A stretch of 42,733 nucleotides of DNA, taken from assembly GCA_964244605.1 (NCBI GenBank), contig CAXTJS010000002.1:3884-46616 (forward strand), read 5' to 3'. Source of the DNA: an uncultured Terriglobus sp. GTDB lineage: Bacteria > Acidobacteriota > Terriglobia > Terriglobales > Acidobacteriaceae. Positions 25,506 through 35,858 of the stretch are shown one piece after another. Below the pieces are notes generated by a model, which was not told the origin of the DNA, did not search any database, and was given only the letters and a program-made list of their open reading frames with translations. The translations under genes and the position numbers were made by a program. How positions within the stretch are numbered: position 1 is the first letter of the stretch; each line of letters begins with the position of its first letter.

Positions 25506-25787
25506 TCAGCGCACGACGCGGCCCGGAAAGCCTAGCCCGGCGATCGTCTTCAGGATGGCGTCAGCCGTAGCCTTCGTGTCGTCGAAGCCGACGTCGAGCC
25601 GCTTCTGATCGTAGTGAACAGTCACTGCGCTCACGCCAGGCTCCTTCATCAGCGCCTTCTTAAGGGTGACGGGGCAGGCAGGGCGGTCCATCTTGTCGAT
25701 CACGATGCTCACGGTCCGAGGCTGCGCGGCGGCAACGCCGATGGACGAGAGAAGCAAGGCGACGGCGATGCCGCAGGTCCGAATCGT
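25506..25787 (-). pseudogene. merP: MerP-like periplasmic heavy-metal-binding (HMA) protein, probably pseudogenised
   Basis: Signal peptide plus 'KMDRPACPVTLKKAL..PGVSAVTV...FDDTKAT...GFP'; first Cys of MxCxxC is CGC (Arg); SD GGAGA is followed by ACG instead of ATG. Confidence 0.65.
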
Positions 25788-25815
25788 GGTGGATCTCCAG
25801 GCGTTCTCTGCCCTC

Positions 25816-25974
25816 ATAGAAAAGATGCGCAAAGTAGGGGAAGACCAGACTCACAACGGCAAGCAGGGCCACTCCGCAGAAGCAGGCCTGCTGCAGCCAT
25901 CGGGGCCGGGGCTTGGTGCAGAAGGCACAGTCGTCACAGTTGCGTGCCGGGCGGAAGAGACAGATGATCTGCAA
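25816..25974 (-). pseudogene. merT: C-terminal fragment of mercuric transporter MerT
   Basis: 'LFRPARNCDDCAFCTKPRPRWLQQACFCGVALLAVVSLVFPYFAHLFY' resembles the MerT cytoplasmic Cys loop and last TM helix ending FPY...FY; 5' part absent, in-frame stop lost. Confidence 0.65.
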
Positions 25975-25988
25975 GCTCGTTGGGCTAT

Positions 25989-28361
25989 TTAAGGCTGCGC
26001 CGTAACGGGTAGAGCGCGGTCGTTACGGTGTAGCTCCTTCGCCTTGCGGTAGGCCTGCAGCTCACGCTCGGCGTCGGCGGCGCGGCCGGCCTTGCGATAA
26101 GCCGCAGCAAGCTGGTAGTGGGTGTAATCCTTGGAGTTGTCCGATGTTTCAGACGCCTCAAGATGCGTGATGCTTGCTGCGACGTCGCCATCCTCAAGCA
26201 GCAGCTTGCCGAGCTGATATTGCGCGTCGGCGTGCTCGGGGTGTGTGGCTACGGCGCGTTGCAGAAGAGTTTTTGCTTCGTCTCTGTGCGAGGTCTGGGA
26301 GAGAGCAAACGCAAGTGCGCTCTGCACGTTCGGCTCCTCTGGGGTCAGTTCCATCTCCTGCCTAAGTTCAGGGATCGCGTCGCTCGACCGGTCCAGGTGA
26401 ATCAGCGATTCGCCCACGAAATAGTGGGCTGTCCGCAGAGTAGGGTCGTCTGCTGCAACGCGGCGATAACAGGTGTTGCTTGACGCATAGTTCTCCGCGT
26501 CGAAGTAGATGTGGCACACCAGCGCCAAAAGGCTGGAGGGCAGCTGCATGGCCATGAGCCGGTCGGCCAGTGCATTCGCCTCCTGCGCGTGACCGTCGCG
26601 CACCAGCGAGAACGCGTAGGAGTACGTCGTCTTGGAATCGGCGAGGGCCAGATCACCGGCGGCCTGGAAGTTGTGCGCAGCCTCAGGGAAGCGTCCAAGG
26701 TCAAACTGCGCCGTAGCGAGCATCAACCGAGCGCGAGGATCGTTTGGCAAAGGCGTGGAAAGGAAGTATTGCGTGAGCGCCCGTTCCACTTCGGTAGAGG
26801 TGTTTAGCCGGTACGCGGCCGACGCGATGTTGCGCAGAAGCTGTGGCGAGGGTGTACCCCAACGCTCCGCCTCCTTGAAGTCTCGCAGTGCGTCGGCGTA
26901 CTGCTGCTGACGAGCTTCGGCGGTGCCAAGATCATTGAAGCCACTGCTCAGAAGGGTCCGCAACTGCGCCTCTGCAGACTTCAGCTCAGGGGAGATCTGA
27001 GCTGCTTCCGGCTGCTGCGAAACCGCCTTGGCTGCTTCCTGTGTTGCCGGGCTCCCACTTAGCTCGCTGAGCGACCCGGAAGGCTTCAGTGCCGCGGCAC
27101 CGCTCCCCTCGCGATCGGCAACGTCTTTACCCGCCGCCGCCGCGTCCAGCGAGGACGTGCGTTTGTAAGCGGCCAGCAGCTTCTGCCCTTCTTCGCGCTG
27201 GCCTCTTGCAAGCAGCAGGCGGCCAAGAGTAAAGTACGCGCGGCGCACCTGGTACTGGTTCCGCGATTCGTCGGAGCCGGTCAGCTCAATGGCTTTGCGC
27301 AGATCCGCGATGGCTTCGTCTGTACGGTTCTCGCGATTGGCGTTCTGGCCGAGGTAGATCCAGACCTCCGGCTGCGTCGGGTTGGCCAGCGCGGCCGCAT
27401 GAAGATGCCGATTCGACGAAGCGATGTCGCTGCCGTCGGTAGACTCAAGCGCGCCCAGGTAGAAGTTGCTCAGGTACTCGCGTGGGTTCTGTTCCAGCGA
27501 TTTGCGCAAGTGCAGAAAGCTTTCAGAATTTGGTCCCCACTCGTTCATCTGCAGGTTGACCAGGCCGAGGAAGAACTCCGCGTGAGTGGCACGCGGGTCT
27601 TCCGCGATCGCCTTGCGAAACTCTGCCGCGGCCTCGCTCAGATAATCGGACTCGCGATACGCATCACCGATGGCGACGTGCCAGATGGCCGCACCGTCAG
27701 AGCCGGCGAGGATGCGCGCAAAGATCTGGTCGGCCCGCGTCTTGTCCCGTGTGGCGAGCAGCGTGGAGCCGAGCGCAAATGCGACCGATGGGTTTGGATC
27801 AAGCTCAAGCGCGTGAGAGAGCGCGTCCACTGCCTCCTTGTCGCGACCGGAAGCGCGCAGGATGTTGCCGAGCAGCGCGAAGACACGCGCGTTCTTCGGT
27901 TCAGCAGCAGCGGCAGCCTGTGCCAAGTTAACCGCCTCTGCACCCTCCCCGGCCTGGGCGAGCAGTTTTGCAAAGCCGAGCTGCGTCTCCAGGTCAGGAT
28001 GGAGTGCAAGCGATTCACGATATAAGGCAATCGCTTCAGGAAAGCGGCGCTCACTTGCCGCGATGCTGCCGAGCAACAGCAACACTTCCGCGTTCAACTC
28101 CTGTGAGGCTGCAGCGATGCGTACGGGATCGCCGCCCTGCACCGCAATCGCTTGCAGCCGGCTGAGCATGTCAAGGCGAGCGCCGGGAAGCGGATCGGCG
28201 GCTGCGGCCGGCTTGCTCGCCGTGACGGATCTCTTGTTTGTTGAAGCACGCGTAGAAGCCGATGGGTGTTGCGCGCTCAGTCTTGCTTCACAGGCCTGCG
28301 ACAGAAAGAGCAAGGCTAGAGGCGCAACAGCTCTGGCGGAATGTTGGAAGAGGCGGCGCAT
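25989..28361 (-). CDS. Secreted tetratricopeptide repeat protein
   Basis: Signal peptide and many TPR motifs, e.g. 'AQYQLGKLLL', 'HYQLAAAYRKAGR'. Confidence 0.88.
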   Translation of the reverse strand: MRRLFQHSARAVAPLALLFLSQACEARLSAQHPSASTRASTNKRSVTASKPAAAADPLPGARLDMLSRLQAIAVQGGDPVRIAAASQELNAEVLLLLGSIAASERRFPEAIALYRESLALHPDLETQLGFAKLLAQAGEGAEAVNLAQAAAAAEPKNARVFALLGNILRASGRDKEAVDALSHALELDPNPSVAFALGSTLLATRDKTRADQIFARILAGSDGAAIWHVAIGDAYRESDYLSEAAAEFRKAIAEDPRATHAEFFLGLVNLQMNEWGPNSESFLHLRKSLEQNPREYLSNFYLGALESTDGSDIASSNRHLHAAALANPTQPEVWIYLGQNANRENRTDEAIADLRKAIELTGSDESRNQYQVRRAYFTLGRLLLARGQREEGQKLLAAYKRTSSLDAAAAGKDVADREGSGAAALKPSGSLSELSGSPATQEAAKAVSQQPEAAQISPELKSAEAQLRTLLSSGFNDLGTAEARQQQYADALRDFKEAERWGTPSPQLLRNIASAAYRLNTSTEVERALTQYFLSTPLPNDPRARLMLATAQFDLGRFPEAAHNFQAAGDLALADSKTTYSYAFSLVRDGHAQEANALADRLMAMQLPSSLLALVCHIYFDAENYASSNTCYRRVAADDPTLRTAHYFVGESLIHLDRSSDAIPELRQEMELTPEEPNVQSALAFALSQTSHRDEAKTLLQRAVATHPEHADAQYQLGKLLLEDGDVAASITHLEASETSDNSKDYTHYQLAAAYRKAGRAADAERELQAYRKAKELHRNDRALPVTAQP

Positions 28362-28392
28362 GACAGGGAATCTTGTCCGTCTAGTTTAGAAG

Positions 28393-28424
28393 CAAAAGAA
28401 GGGCAGGGCCGAAGCCCTGCCCTT
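28393..28424 (-). terminator. Rho-independent terminator after the TonB-dependent receptor
   Basis: Minus strand: AAGGGCAGGGC-TTCG-GCCCTGCCCTT followed by CTTTTG, 20 nt after the stop. Confidence 0.85.
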
Positions 28425-28444
28425 GTTGAGGGTGAGAGTCTGCA

Positions 28445-31400
28445 CTAGAACTCGATGTGCAAACCGTACTGGACCTGACGTTGAGCGTTGCCGTTCACGC
28501 CGTTGGACCGTCCAAATTGCGTCGTGACGTCGTTGTGCGTGACCAGGTTGTTCACCGGGCTGCACGGGTTATAGAGAGCACCACCGGTGGCATTGCGGCC
28601 AACAACAGCTCCGCAGTTTACCGTCTGGAAGGGATTCGTCGTTTGTGTGCCCTGATCCGCGCGGAAGTTCGCGTGGTTCAGCAGATCAAACAGGTCGAAC
28701 CGTAGCTGGACGGTGTACCGGTCATGAACGCGCCAGTTCTTGTCGAGCGACAGGTCGGTGTTGATCAGCTTGGGACCGTGGCAATAGCCGCGAGGTGCGG
28801 TGTTTGGCTCATAGGTGCCCAGGTGATAGCCCACAAGGGTGAAGGCGTCAGAGTTGGCGATCAGCTCATGTGAGGACCCCGACGTGCAAGAGGCGGTCGC
28901 TCGCAGTGGGCGTTGATTTCCCGTAAGACCTGACTGGAACAGGCTGCCGAAGCTGCCGCCGGTATAAGCCTGCAGGCCACCGTTCTGAATGGTGTAGCTA
29001 ACGCCTTGCAGATTGCCCAGGTTTTCACCGATGCCGTTCTGGTAGACCGTGAACGAGTTACCAGATGCAGCCGAGGTGATGCCCGTCAGCTCCCAACCAC
29101 CAAGCGATTGCTGTACCAACTGACTGCGTCCCTGCAGTTTGGGCAGGAAGTAGGTCGCATTCGCTACGAAGAAGTTGGGACGATTGGTGGCGGAGTTACC
29201 GCGATCGAGCCGCGGGTTCGGGTAGTAGGTGAAGCTCTGTGCACCCGTGCCACCACTGGAATCATCCGTAAGCACGTCGGAGATGCCGTGGGCCCATGTG
29301 TAGGCTGCCTGCAGACGCAGACCACTGACCTGGGTGCGGAAGAGCGTTTGCAGCGAATGGTAGCTGGCATCGCCGCCGTGGCTGAAGTACGACAACGAAC
29401 CAAAGTTGCTGAAGGGACGGTACTGCTGCGTTCCTCCACCCTGAACGAAGGTTGCGGGCAACCAGTTGTTCACAGGAATGGTGTTGATGTCGTAGCTGGA
29501 GGTGAGGTGCATGCCGCGATTGCCCACGTAGCCAATCTGGAATGCGGTGTTCTTCGCCAAGCTCTGCTCCACAAACACGTTCCACTGGAACGAGGAGGGC
29601 ATGACGTTAGACGGATCGGCACCACCGGTTGGTGAGGTGGTTGCGCCGGTTATCGCGGTAGGCGTGGCACCGCCAAGCGCGCGCGAGTAGTTACTAGCAT
29701 TTACTGCAAACGGAGCATTGCTCACCAGGTTGTAACGCAAACCTACGCGCTCACGCTGGTAGAACTGGCCTGCGCCGATGCGTACGGCCGTTTTGGCATC
29801 CCCAAACACATCCCATGCGATACCGACACGAGGCGCGATCAGGTGATTGTTCTGGTTGATGAGGTACTTGTTCGGACCGGCAACCCCGGCACTGAATGCC
29901 GTGCCGAAGCTCTTGTTTGCATCCGTGCAGGGCGACTTACCAGGAACGGTCATGAGACCGTTGCAGGCGTCGGAGCCCGGCTTGCTCTTGTCGTAAAGCT
30001 GCGGCTGGAAGCTGGTCTCAAGACCGTCCGGTTGATACGGCGTACGCAGAAAGGACCAGCGGAAGCCGTAGTTCAGCGTAACGCGAGGTGTGATCTTCCA
30101 CGTGTCGGCGGCGTAGAACTCATAGTCGCGCCAGCGGAGCTGAGCACGCACATTGGTCGACGTTTCCGAAAGGAAGAACGGATTGTTGGGAACCAAAGCG
30201 TTGCCCAGTGGGTTACCGGTCGCGATGGCGTTGGCCTTGCTAGTGTCTACGGCATAGTCGAACAGCTGCAGGGTTGGGTGCTCTGAGCTGGCCGGACCTG
30301 TGTCTTCATTCTTCCCATCCCATCCGCCAAAGAAACCGACCTTCAGCAAATGCTTGCCGGCCACCTTGGAAATATCGTCACGGAAGGTGTAGATGTCGAG
30401 CGTGTTGTTCCAGGGTGCGATCGACCAGATCGTGGCGCCGCTGCCATAGGGAGCGATGCCGCTCCAGATGGTCGGGGTGCTGCCGGCCTTGTTCGTCTTC
30501 AGGCTGGTTGGATACAGGGTGGGAATGGCGCTGTTCAACTGATTAAGCAGGTTCGGATTCGTGCCACCAGAGCTCAGATTGATGCGGTTGTTCGAGTAGG
30601 CAAACTCGGCATCGTTGATCAGCGTGCTCGAAACGGTGCTCGTCCAACGGCCAATCGCCATCTTCGAGGGTTGCGCCCAGCCTGCATTGATTACCGGGAA
30701 GTCTGTATCGCCCCAGTACTGGTTACCGTTGTAGGACGGATTGCTCCAGGTGTCCTGGGTGTACCGGCCCATGACGGTGTTGCGAGGCGTGACGTTGTAG
30801 TCCACACGCGCATTTTCCTGCCGATAGCGCACAAAGGACGGCAAGGACACGGACCAGTTGTTGCCGTTTACGTCCGGTGCCTGATTCGGCAGCGTGTAGT
30901 ACTGCGCCAGAAGCGCGCCAGCCGGATCAACAGTCGTCAGCTTCCGGACAGGGACGCTGCCCGGCGCTGCCTTCTGAGCCGCGGTCCGGAAGTCCGGAGC
31001 CGAAGCACCGCAGGAGAGAGGACCGGTAAAGTCACCCGTACGCTCCGCTGCTGAGGCAACGCAAGCATTCTTGGTGAAGCCGGAGATGGTATGGTTCCAC
31101 TCCTCGTTGAAGAAGAAAAACAGCTTGTCCTTCAGAATGGGCCCACCGATGGAGTAGCCCCAGTCGTTGCGGCGCAGCTTGTCCTTGCCGTCCAGCGTGA
31201 GCCCCTTGCCGGCGTTTCTGCGCGAGAAGTAGGTGTATGCCGCGAGAGCATCGTTACGGCCGCCATAGAAGGCCGAACCGTGGAAGGTGTTGGTGCCGCT
31301 GCGCGTCGCGATGGAGATCACGGCACCCGAGGCCTGGCCGTACTCCGGACCATAGCTGTTGGTCAGCATCTTGAACTCAGCGATCGAGTCGATGCTGGGA

Positions 31401-32038
31401 TAAACGAGGATGGTGCGGTTCGAACCTACGTCGTTGTCGTTGGCACCGTCCACGAGGAAGAGGTTGTTCGTGGTCGGATTGCCATTCACTGAAAAATCGA
31501 CGCCCGCCTGCAGGCCCTTGTTCTTGCTGTCGAAGTTGTTCGCTGGGGAAATACCCGGAGCCAACTGGGTGAGCTGCACAAAGGAGCGGCCATTGAGCGG
31601 CAACTCTTTGACCTGGGTTCCGTCGATGATCTCGCCGACGGCAGCACTGTCAGTCTGCACCTGGATTTCGGACGAAGTCACGGTGACGGACTCGGACACA
31701 TCGCCCGTGGTCAGGTGCGCGTCCGTCCGGGTGGACGTATCTACGTCGACGATCACCTTCTGCGTCACCTGCTTGCGAAAGCCCGGCGCGGTGACGTCAA
31801 CCTCATAGGTGCCGATGGCCACGTCCGTAAAGGTGTACTCGCCCTGACGGTTGGAATGAACGGTGCGGTTGACACCGATGGATTTGTTGAGAAGGGTAAC
31901 GTCTGCGTTAGGAACTGCTGCTCCGGAAGGATCGGTGACCTGTCCCGTAATACTGCCGCTGGTCTTTTGAGCAAGACCGGGTACGGCAAGCACTGCGGCA
32001 AGAGCCACGGTGGTCAGGATTTTTCTGTAGTCGTTCAT
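28445..32038 (-). CDS. TonB-dependent receptor (Oar-like)
   Basis: Start re-called at ATG 32038 after GGAGG; signal peptide, 'GSITGQVTDPSGAAVPNA', 'ELPLNGRSFVQL', 'IAPRVGIAWD', C-terminal 'YGLHIEF'. Confidence 0.93.
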   Translation of the reverse strand: MNDYRKILTTVALAAVLAVPGLAQKTSGSITGQVTDPSGAAVPNADVTLLNKSIGVNRTVHSNRQGEYTFTDVAIGTYEVDVTAPGFRKQVTQKVIVDVDTSTRTDAHLTTGDVSESVTVTSSEIQVQTDSAAVGEIIDGTQVKELPLNGRSFVQLTQLAPGISPANNFDSKNKGLQAGVDFSVNGNPTTNNLFLVDGANDNDVGSNRTILVYPSIDSIAEFKMLTNSYGPEYGQASGAVISIATRSGTNTFHGSAFYGGRNDALAAYTYFSRRNAGKGLTLDGKDKLRRNDWGYSIGGPILKDKLFFFFNEEWNHTISGFTKNACVASAAERTGDFTGPLSCGASAPDFRTAAQKAAPGSVPVRKLTTVDPAGALLAQYYTLPNQAPDVNGNNWSVSLPSFVRYRQENARVDYNVTPRNTVMGRYTQDTWSNPSYNGNQYWGDTDFPVINAGWAQPSKMAIGRWTSTVSSTLINDAEFAYSNNRINLSSGGTNPNLLNQLNSAIPTLYPTSLKTNKAGSTPTIWSGIAPYGSGATIWSIAPWNNTLDIYTFRDDISKVAGKHLLKVGFFGGWDGKNEDTGPASSEHPTLQLFDYAVDTSKANAIATGNPLGNALVPNNPFFLSETSTNVRAQLRWRDYEFYAADTWKITPRVTLNYGFRWSFLRTPYQPDGLETSFQPQLYDKSKPGSDACNGLMTVPGKSPCTDANKSFGTAFSAGVAGPNKYLINQNNHLIAPRVGIAWDVFGDAKTAVRIGAGQFYQRERVGLRYNLVSNAPFAVNASNYSRALGGATPTAITGATTSPTGGADPSNVMPSSFQWNVFVEQSLAKNTAFQIGYVGNRGMHLTSSYDINTIPVNNWLPATFVQGGGTQQYRPFSNFGSLSYFSHGGDASYHSLQTLFRTQVSGLRLQAAYTWAHGISDVLTDDSSGGTGAQSFTYYPNPRLDRGNSATNRPNFFVANATYFLPKLQGRSQLVQQSLGGWELTGITSAASGNSFTVYQNGIGENLGNLQGVSYTIQNGGLQAYTGGSFGSLFQSGLTGNQRPLRATASCTSGSSHELIANSDAFTLVGYHLGTYEPNTAPRGYCHGPKLINTDLSLDKNWRVHDRYTVQLRFDLFDLLNHANFRADQGTQTTNPFQTVNCGAVVGRNATGGALYNPCSPVNNLVTHNDVTTQFGRSNGVNGNAQRQVQYGLHIEF

Positions 32039-32139
32039 TCGCCTCCAAGTAAAACGAAAGCCCAGTGGCCTATGCCTTCCAAAGCCGTGGTGCTTCCTCC
32101 ACCAAAAGAAGTAGTTGTTAGTCATCTTTTTGGGGCACG

Positions 32140-32172
32140 TTCATCAAACGACGATGAATATCAACCTGTCAA
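32140..32172 (-). promoter_or_regulatory. Putative sigma70 promoter with overlapping dyad
   Basis: TTGACA (32172-32167), 18-nt spacer, TTTGAT (32148-32143); IR TTCATC-N7-GATGAA at 32140-32158. Confidence 0.4.
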
Positions 32173-32230
32173 GACTTTTTGCTGCGGCGAAAGTGGCGGA
32201 ATTCTGCACCATGATCGTGGAAACCTTTTC

Positions 32231-34006
32231 TCAAGGCTTTTTTGCTGATTTGGGATGCAAAGTTTCCGCACTCACCGAGCCGGTGCCTTCAAGCAGGTTG
32301 TAGAACCGGTCGGCTGCCAGGGCACTCACCCTGTCCACCGCACCGGATGGCCAGCGCACTTCGACCGAATCAATCCTGGTTGCGCTGCCAAGACCAAAGT
32401 GAATACGGAGGTCGTTCTCTGACAGATAGCTGCCGCCACTTCTTACCTCTTCGGTCTGCGTCATCCCACCTGCAGCGATCGTGACCCGTGCTCCCAGGGC
32501 GAGTCGATTGCTCTTCGTCCCGGCAAGTTCAAAGCTGACCCAATGATTGCCGGCGATCCCCTGGTTGTGGAGAACAAGCGGCTTGCCATCAAGGTTCTCG
32601 ACAACCAGGTCTACATTGCCATCGTTGTCAAAATCGGCCGCTGCCAGTCCGCGACCGACGCGAGGCTCAACCAGCACTGCACCCGCCTGCTTACTTGCAT
32701 CGCAAAAGGTTCCGTTCTTCTGATTGATGAAGAAGTTCTGCGGCTCTGCATACCGCGCCCCCGAGGGCAAGGTATCCACCTGCGGGTACACATGGCCGTT
32801 CACCGACAGCAGGTCAAGCCAGCCATCGTTGTTCAGGTCGCTGAAGACCACGCCCCACTTGACGTAAGGCAGCGATGGCAGCGCCACGCCTGCGGGATAG
32901 GACACGTCCGCAAATTCACCTTTACCTTGGTTCTTGTACAGCGTATTGAACTCGTCGGCAAAGTTTGTCACGTAGATCGAGAAACGGCCACTATGGTCGT
33001 AATCGCCGATCGCTACGCCCATGGAACCCTGCTCGGACCCGTCACCACTCACCGCCGCTCCCGACTCAAGTCCGATCTCTGTGAACTTGCCCTTGTCGTC
33101 ATTCCGGTAGAGATAATTCGGGGTGGAATCGTCCGCGACGTAGAGGTCTTGTCTGCCCGAGCCGGATAAGTCTGACCACAGAACACCCAGCCCGTAGTAG
33201 CCCGGTTTGTCGTCGGTACCAGTTGTCTTCGACACATCGGTAAAGGTGCCATCGCCGTTGTTGTGGAAGAGGGAGTCACCCGCTCCCCGCAGCCCTCGTG
33301 GCCCGCACTGCACATCGATGCCGCGATAGCGGCAGGTAGGACTCTTGCCGAAACCGGGAAGGTCGTTCAGCCGAAAATCCACGTAGTTGCTCACGGCTAG
33401 GTCTACAAAGCCGTCGTGGTCGTAATCCCCAAAGGCTGCGCCTGTGGACCATCGGCCGTCGCTGACACCGGCCTTCTCCGTGACATCGGTAAAGGTACCG
33501 TCTCCGTTGTTGCGGTACAGCTTGTTGCCGCCAAGGCAGGTGATGTAAAGGTCAGGCCAGCCATCATTGTTGAAGTCGCCCACGGCGCCGCCCATGGCGT
33601 AACCGGGCGTCGCCAGACCTGACCCGGCAGTCACGTCGGTAAAGGTGCCGTCATGGTTGTTGTGGTACAGCGCGCCGGAGACCTTCTCGCCTTTGAGCGT
33701 CATCTCGACCGACGGTGCGTTGGTGAAGTAAATGTCCTGCCAGCCGTCGCGATCGTAATCAAGCACGATGACGCCGCCGCTCATGGACTCGACGATGTAC
33801 TTCTTCTCTGGCGCGGCCTGATGCTTGAACTGGATGCCGGCCTTCGCGGTCACATCCTGAAATTGCGGAACAGCCTGCCCCTGGCAGACCTGCGCACGCG
33901 CTCCGCTGGGTATGGGTGTGGGCGCACTGTGGGCCTGCGCGGCGCTCGTCGAAACGATGAGATGGGCAAGCAGAGAGGTGCAAAGGATAGAAGGGAGACG
34001 ATGCAT
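32231..34006 (-). CDS. CRTAC1 family protein (FG-GAP/VCBS repeats plus ASPIC/UnbV domain)
   Basis: Repeated 'GDFNNDGWPDLY', 'DYDRDGWQDIY', 'ADFDNDGNVDL'; C-terminal 'GGSYLSENDLRIHFGLG...VEVRWPSG'. Confidence 0.92.
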   Translation of the reverse strand: MHRLPSILCTSLLAHLIVSTSAAQAHSAPTPIPSGARAQVCQGQAVPQFQDVTAKAGIQFKHQAAPEKKYIVESMSGGVIVLDYDRDGWQDIYFTNAPSVEMTLKGEKVSGALYHNNHDGTFTDVTAGSGLATPGYAMGGAVGDFNNDGWPDLYITCLGGNKLYRNNGDGTFTDVTEKAGVSDGRWSTGAAFGDYDHDGFVDLAVSNYVDFRLNDLPGFGKSPTCRYRGIDVQCGPRGLRGAGDSLFHNNGDGTFTDVSKTTGTDDKPGYYGLGVLWSDLSGSGRQDLYVADDSTPNYLYRNDDKGKFTEIGLESGAAVSGDGSEQGSMGVAIGDYDHSGRFSIYVTNFADEFNTLYKNQGKGEFADVSYPAGVALPSLPYVKWGVVFSDLNNDGWLDLLSVNGHVYPQVDTLPSGARYAEPQNFFINQKNGTFCDASKQAGAVLVEPRVGRGLAAADFDNDGNVDLVVENLDGKPLVLHNQGIAGNHWVSFELAGTKSNRLALGARVTIAAGGMTQTEEVRSGGSYLSENDLRIHFGLGSATRIDSVEVRWPSGAVDRVSALAADRFYNLLEGTGSVSAETLHPKSAKKP

Positions 34007-34076
34007 GGCGGTTTCGGTGGTTCCACGATACCGCTAACTGGCCTTGCCGGTCAGCATGCTACCAACGACTTGGCCG

Positions 34077-35711
34077 CTATGGGGTAGGCTGCGCCGCCGG
34101 GTCGGACGGCAGAGCAGCCAGCGCGCGCGCCTGCAGAAAGATGGAGCCGGTGCGAAGCGAGTTCTTGTCTCGCACGTACACCAGCACGTACTTCGTGTTT
34201 CCGGGTACGTCAATCTGCTGCTTCGCAGAGACTTTCTTCGATTGCGCTGCTGCGTAATCGCCATCTGCAAGATGCGTATCCAACTCCTGCATCTTGCCGC
34301 CTTGCACCTTGCCGGACAGATCGTAGGCGTAAGAGGTCACGATCAACGCGTTATCCCATGCACCATCCTTGTGCTGAAACATCAACTGATCGGCGGGCAC
34401 GGTGAAGGTGATGTTGATGCGCGCTGTGGAGTGCTTTGCTACGGCATCCCGCGATGCTACCGGGGCGATGCGGACGTGGAAGAGCAAAGGCTTTTTGAGC
34501 TTATCCTCATCCACCTGCAGTTTGACGCCGCCCTTCATGCGGTAGCGCGGCTCCTCTTCAACGTTGCCCGTCCACGTAGCCAGGTAACCCGTGCGGTAGG
34601 CCACCGAGTAGCCACCGTCCACCGTGATGGCAACGCGGTGCCAGCTCTGGTCGGACTTGTAATCCGCCGGAGAATAAGTGAGTGTGTAGGCCTGCGCGCC
34701 AAGCTCCAGCGCCTGGCTTACCTCTTGGCTAAGGTTGTTCAAGAAGTAAGCTTTGCCACCGGTCACGCGGGCAAGCTCACGCATCTCGCCGCGCTGGTCC
34801 GCGACGCTGGCACCTGTGGAGAGCGACGCCTGCTGACTCCTCGTTCTGGCCGCTGGGTCAGAGTGATCCCCTTGTCCACCTCCCGCGCCGGAGCCTGTTC
34901 CTCCAGCGGTGCCCTGTATGGTCATACCGCGAACATCAACCGGATAGACCGAGATGCGTGCCTCAGCAAGCGCCTGCTGGATCTGGTGAATGGTGTTTAC
35001 GCGACTGGAAAGATCAACGGTTGTACCGCCTGCCGCCTGCTCTTCTTCCGGCACGGATACCAATGGAAACTCGCCGGAAAACCAGAGAAGGTTCTTGCGG
35101 CCGGGCGTCTGTTGCAGCAGGGCAGAGACCGTCATCAACTGATTGACGGCGTTCTGAAAACGGCTATCGATCGCGTGCGTCTGTACCGGCAAGCACTCGC
35201 CCACGGCGCGGGCCAGTGCGGCACGGTCTGTGGTCATGCCCAGGACGGGGATCGTACGCCCGTTCTGCACGGAGAAGACGGAGGCCTGCAGACCGCTCGG
35301 CAGGTTATTGATGGCTTGCATGAGCTGCTGGCGCAGGTACATTTGGTCTGTGACCGCAATGTCGTCCGTGTCGATCAGCACGACCTCCGACGATCCCGGA
35401 GCATCGTGCATGACGGCATTTGTAAACACACCCGGCGGCAACGTCTCGGCAACAGACGTCGCCGGCGTCGGCGGCGCGCCTTCTTCAAAGTCGCGAATGG
35501 TCTGGGACTTGCCCTGATCGGACACATGAAACGCACTTCGTGGCAGCCCGTGCACTGGATCGCCGTGCGCATCCGTTACGAGCACATCTTCAAACACAAG
35601 CCTGCTCTGCGTGCGGAAGACAGGAACATCTGTCGCATCAGGAGACGCGCTCTGCTGCGCAGATAGGGGCACGGCAAGAAGGGCGCTGAGAACGATCGCA
35701 GACAATCTCAT
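34077..35711 (-). CDS. Acidobacterial VWA-domain protein
   Basis: Signal peptide, 'LVFEDVLVTD..GDPVHGL...F.V.D', 'PGRKNLLWFSGEFP', 'VYPVDVRG', 'TGGKAY', 'YTLTYSP', 'YRTGY'. Confidence 0.85.
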   Translation of the reverse strand: MRLSAIVLSALLAVPLSAQQSASPDATDVPVFRTQSRLVFEDVLVTDAHGDPVHGLPRSAFHVSDQGKSQTIRDFEEGAPPTPATSVAETLPPGVFTNAVMHDAPGSSEVVLIDTDDIAVTDQMYLRQQLMQAINNLPSGLQASVFSVQNGRTIPVLGMTTDRAALARAVGECLPVQTHAIDSRFQNAVNQLMTVSALLQQTPGRKNLLWFSGEFPLVSVPEEEQAAGGTTVDLSSRVNTIHQIQQALAEARISVYPVDVRGMTIQGTAGGTGSGAGGGQGDHSDPAARTRSQQASLSTGASVADQRGEMRELARVTGGKAYFLNNLSQEVSQALELGAQAYTLTYSPADYKSDQSWHRVAITVDGGYSVAYRTGYLATWTGNVEEEPRYRMKGGVKLQVDEDKLKKPLLFHVRIAPVASRDAVAKHSTARINITFTVPADQLMFQHKDGAWDNALIVTSYAYDLSGKVQGGKMQELDTHLADGDYAAAQSKKVSAKQQIDVPGNTKYVLVYVRDKNSLRTGSIFLQARALAALPSDPAAQPTP

Positions 35712-35858
35712 AAACACACCTGCGAATTTGAGCCGAGCCTCGGCGGACAGGTTGCCGGCAGCCTTCCATTCGACCGCTCACCTGTTGAATCGCACACTGG
35801 ACCTGAAGGCCTAATCGTGGGCTTGCTGTCCCCTGCAGCAAGGGCGCAAGATAGTGCC

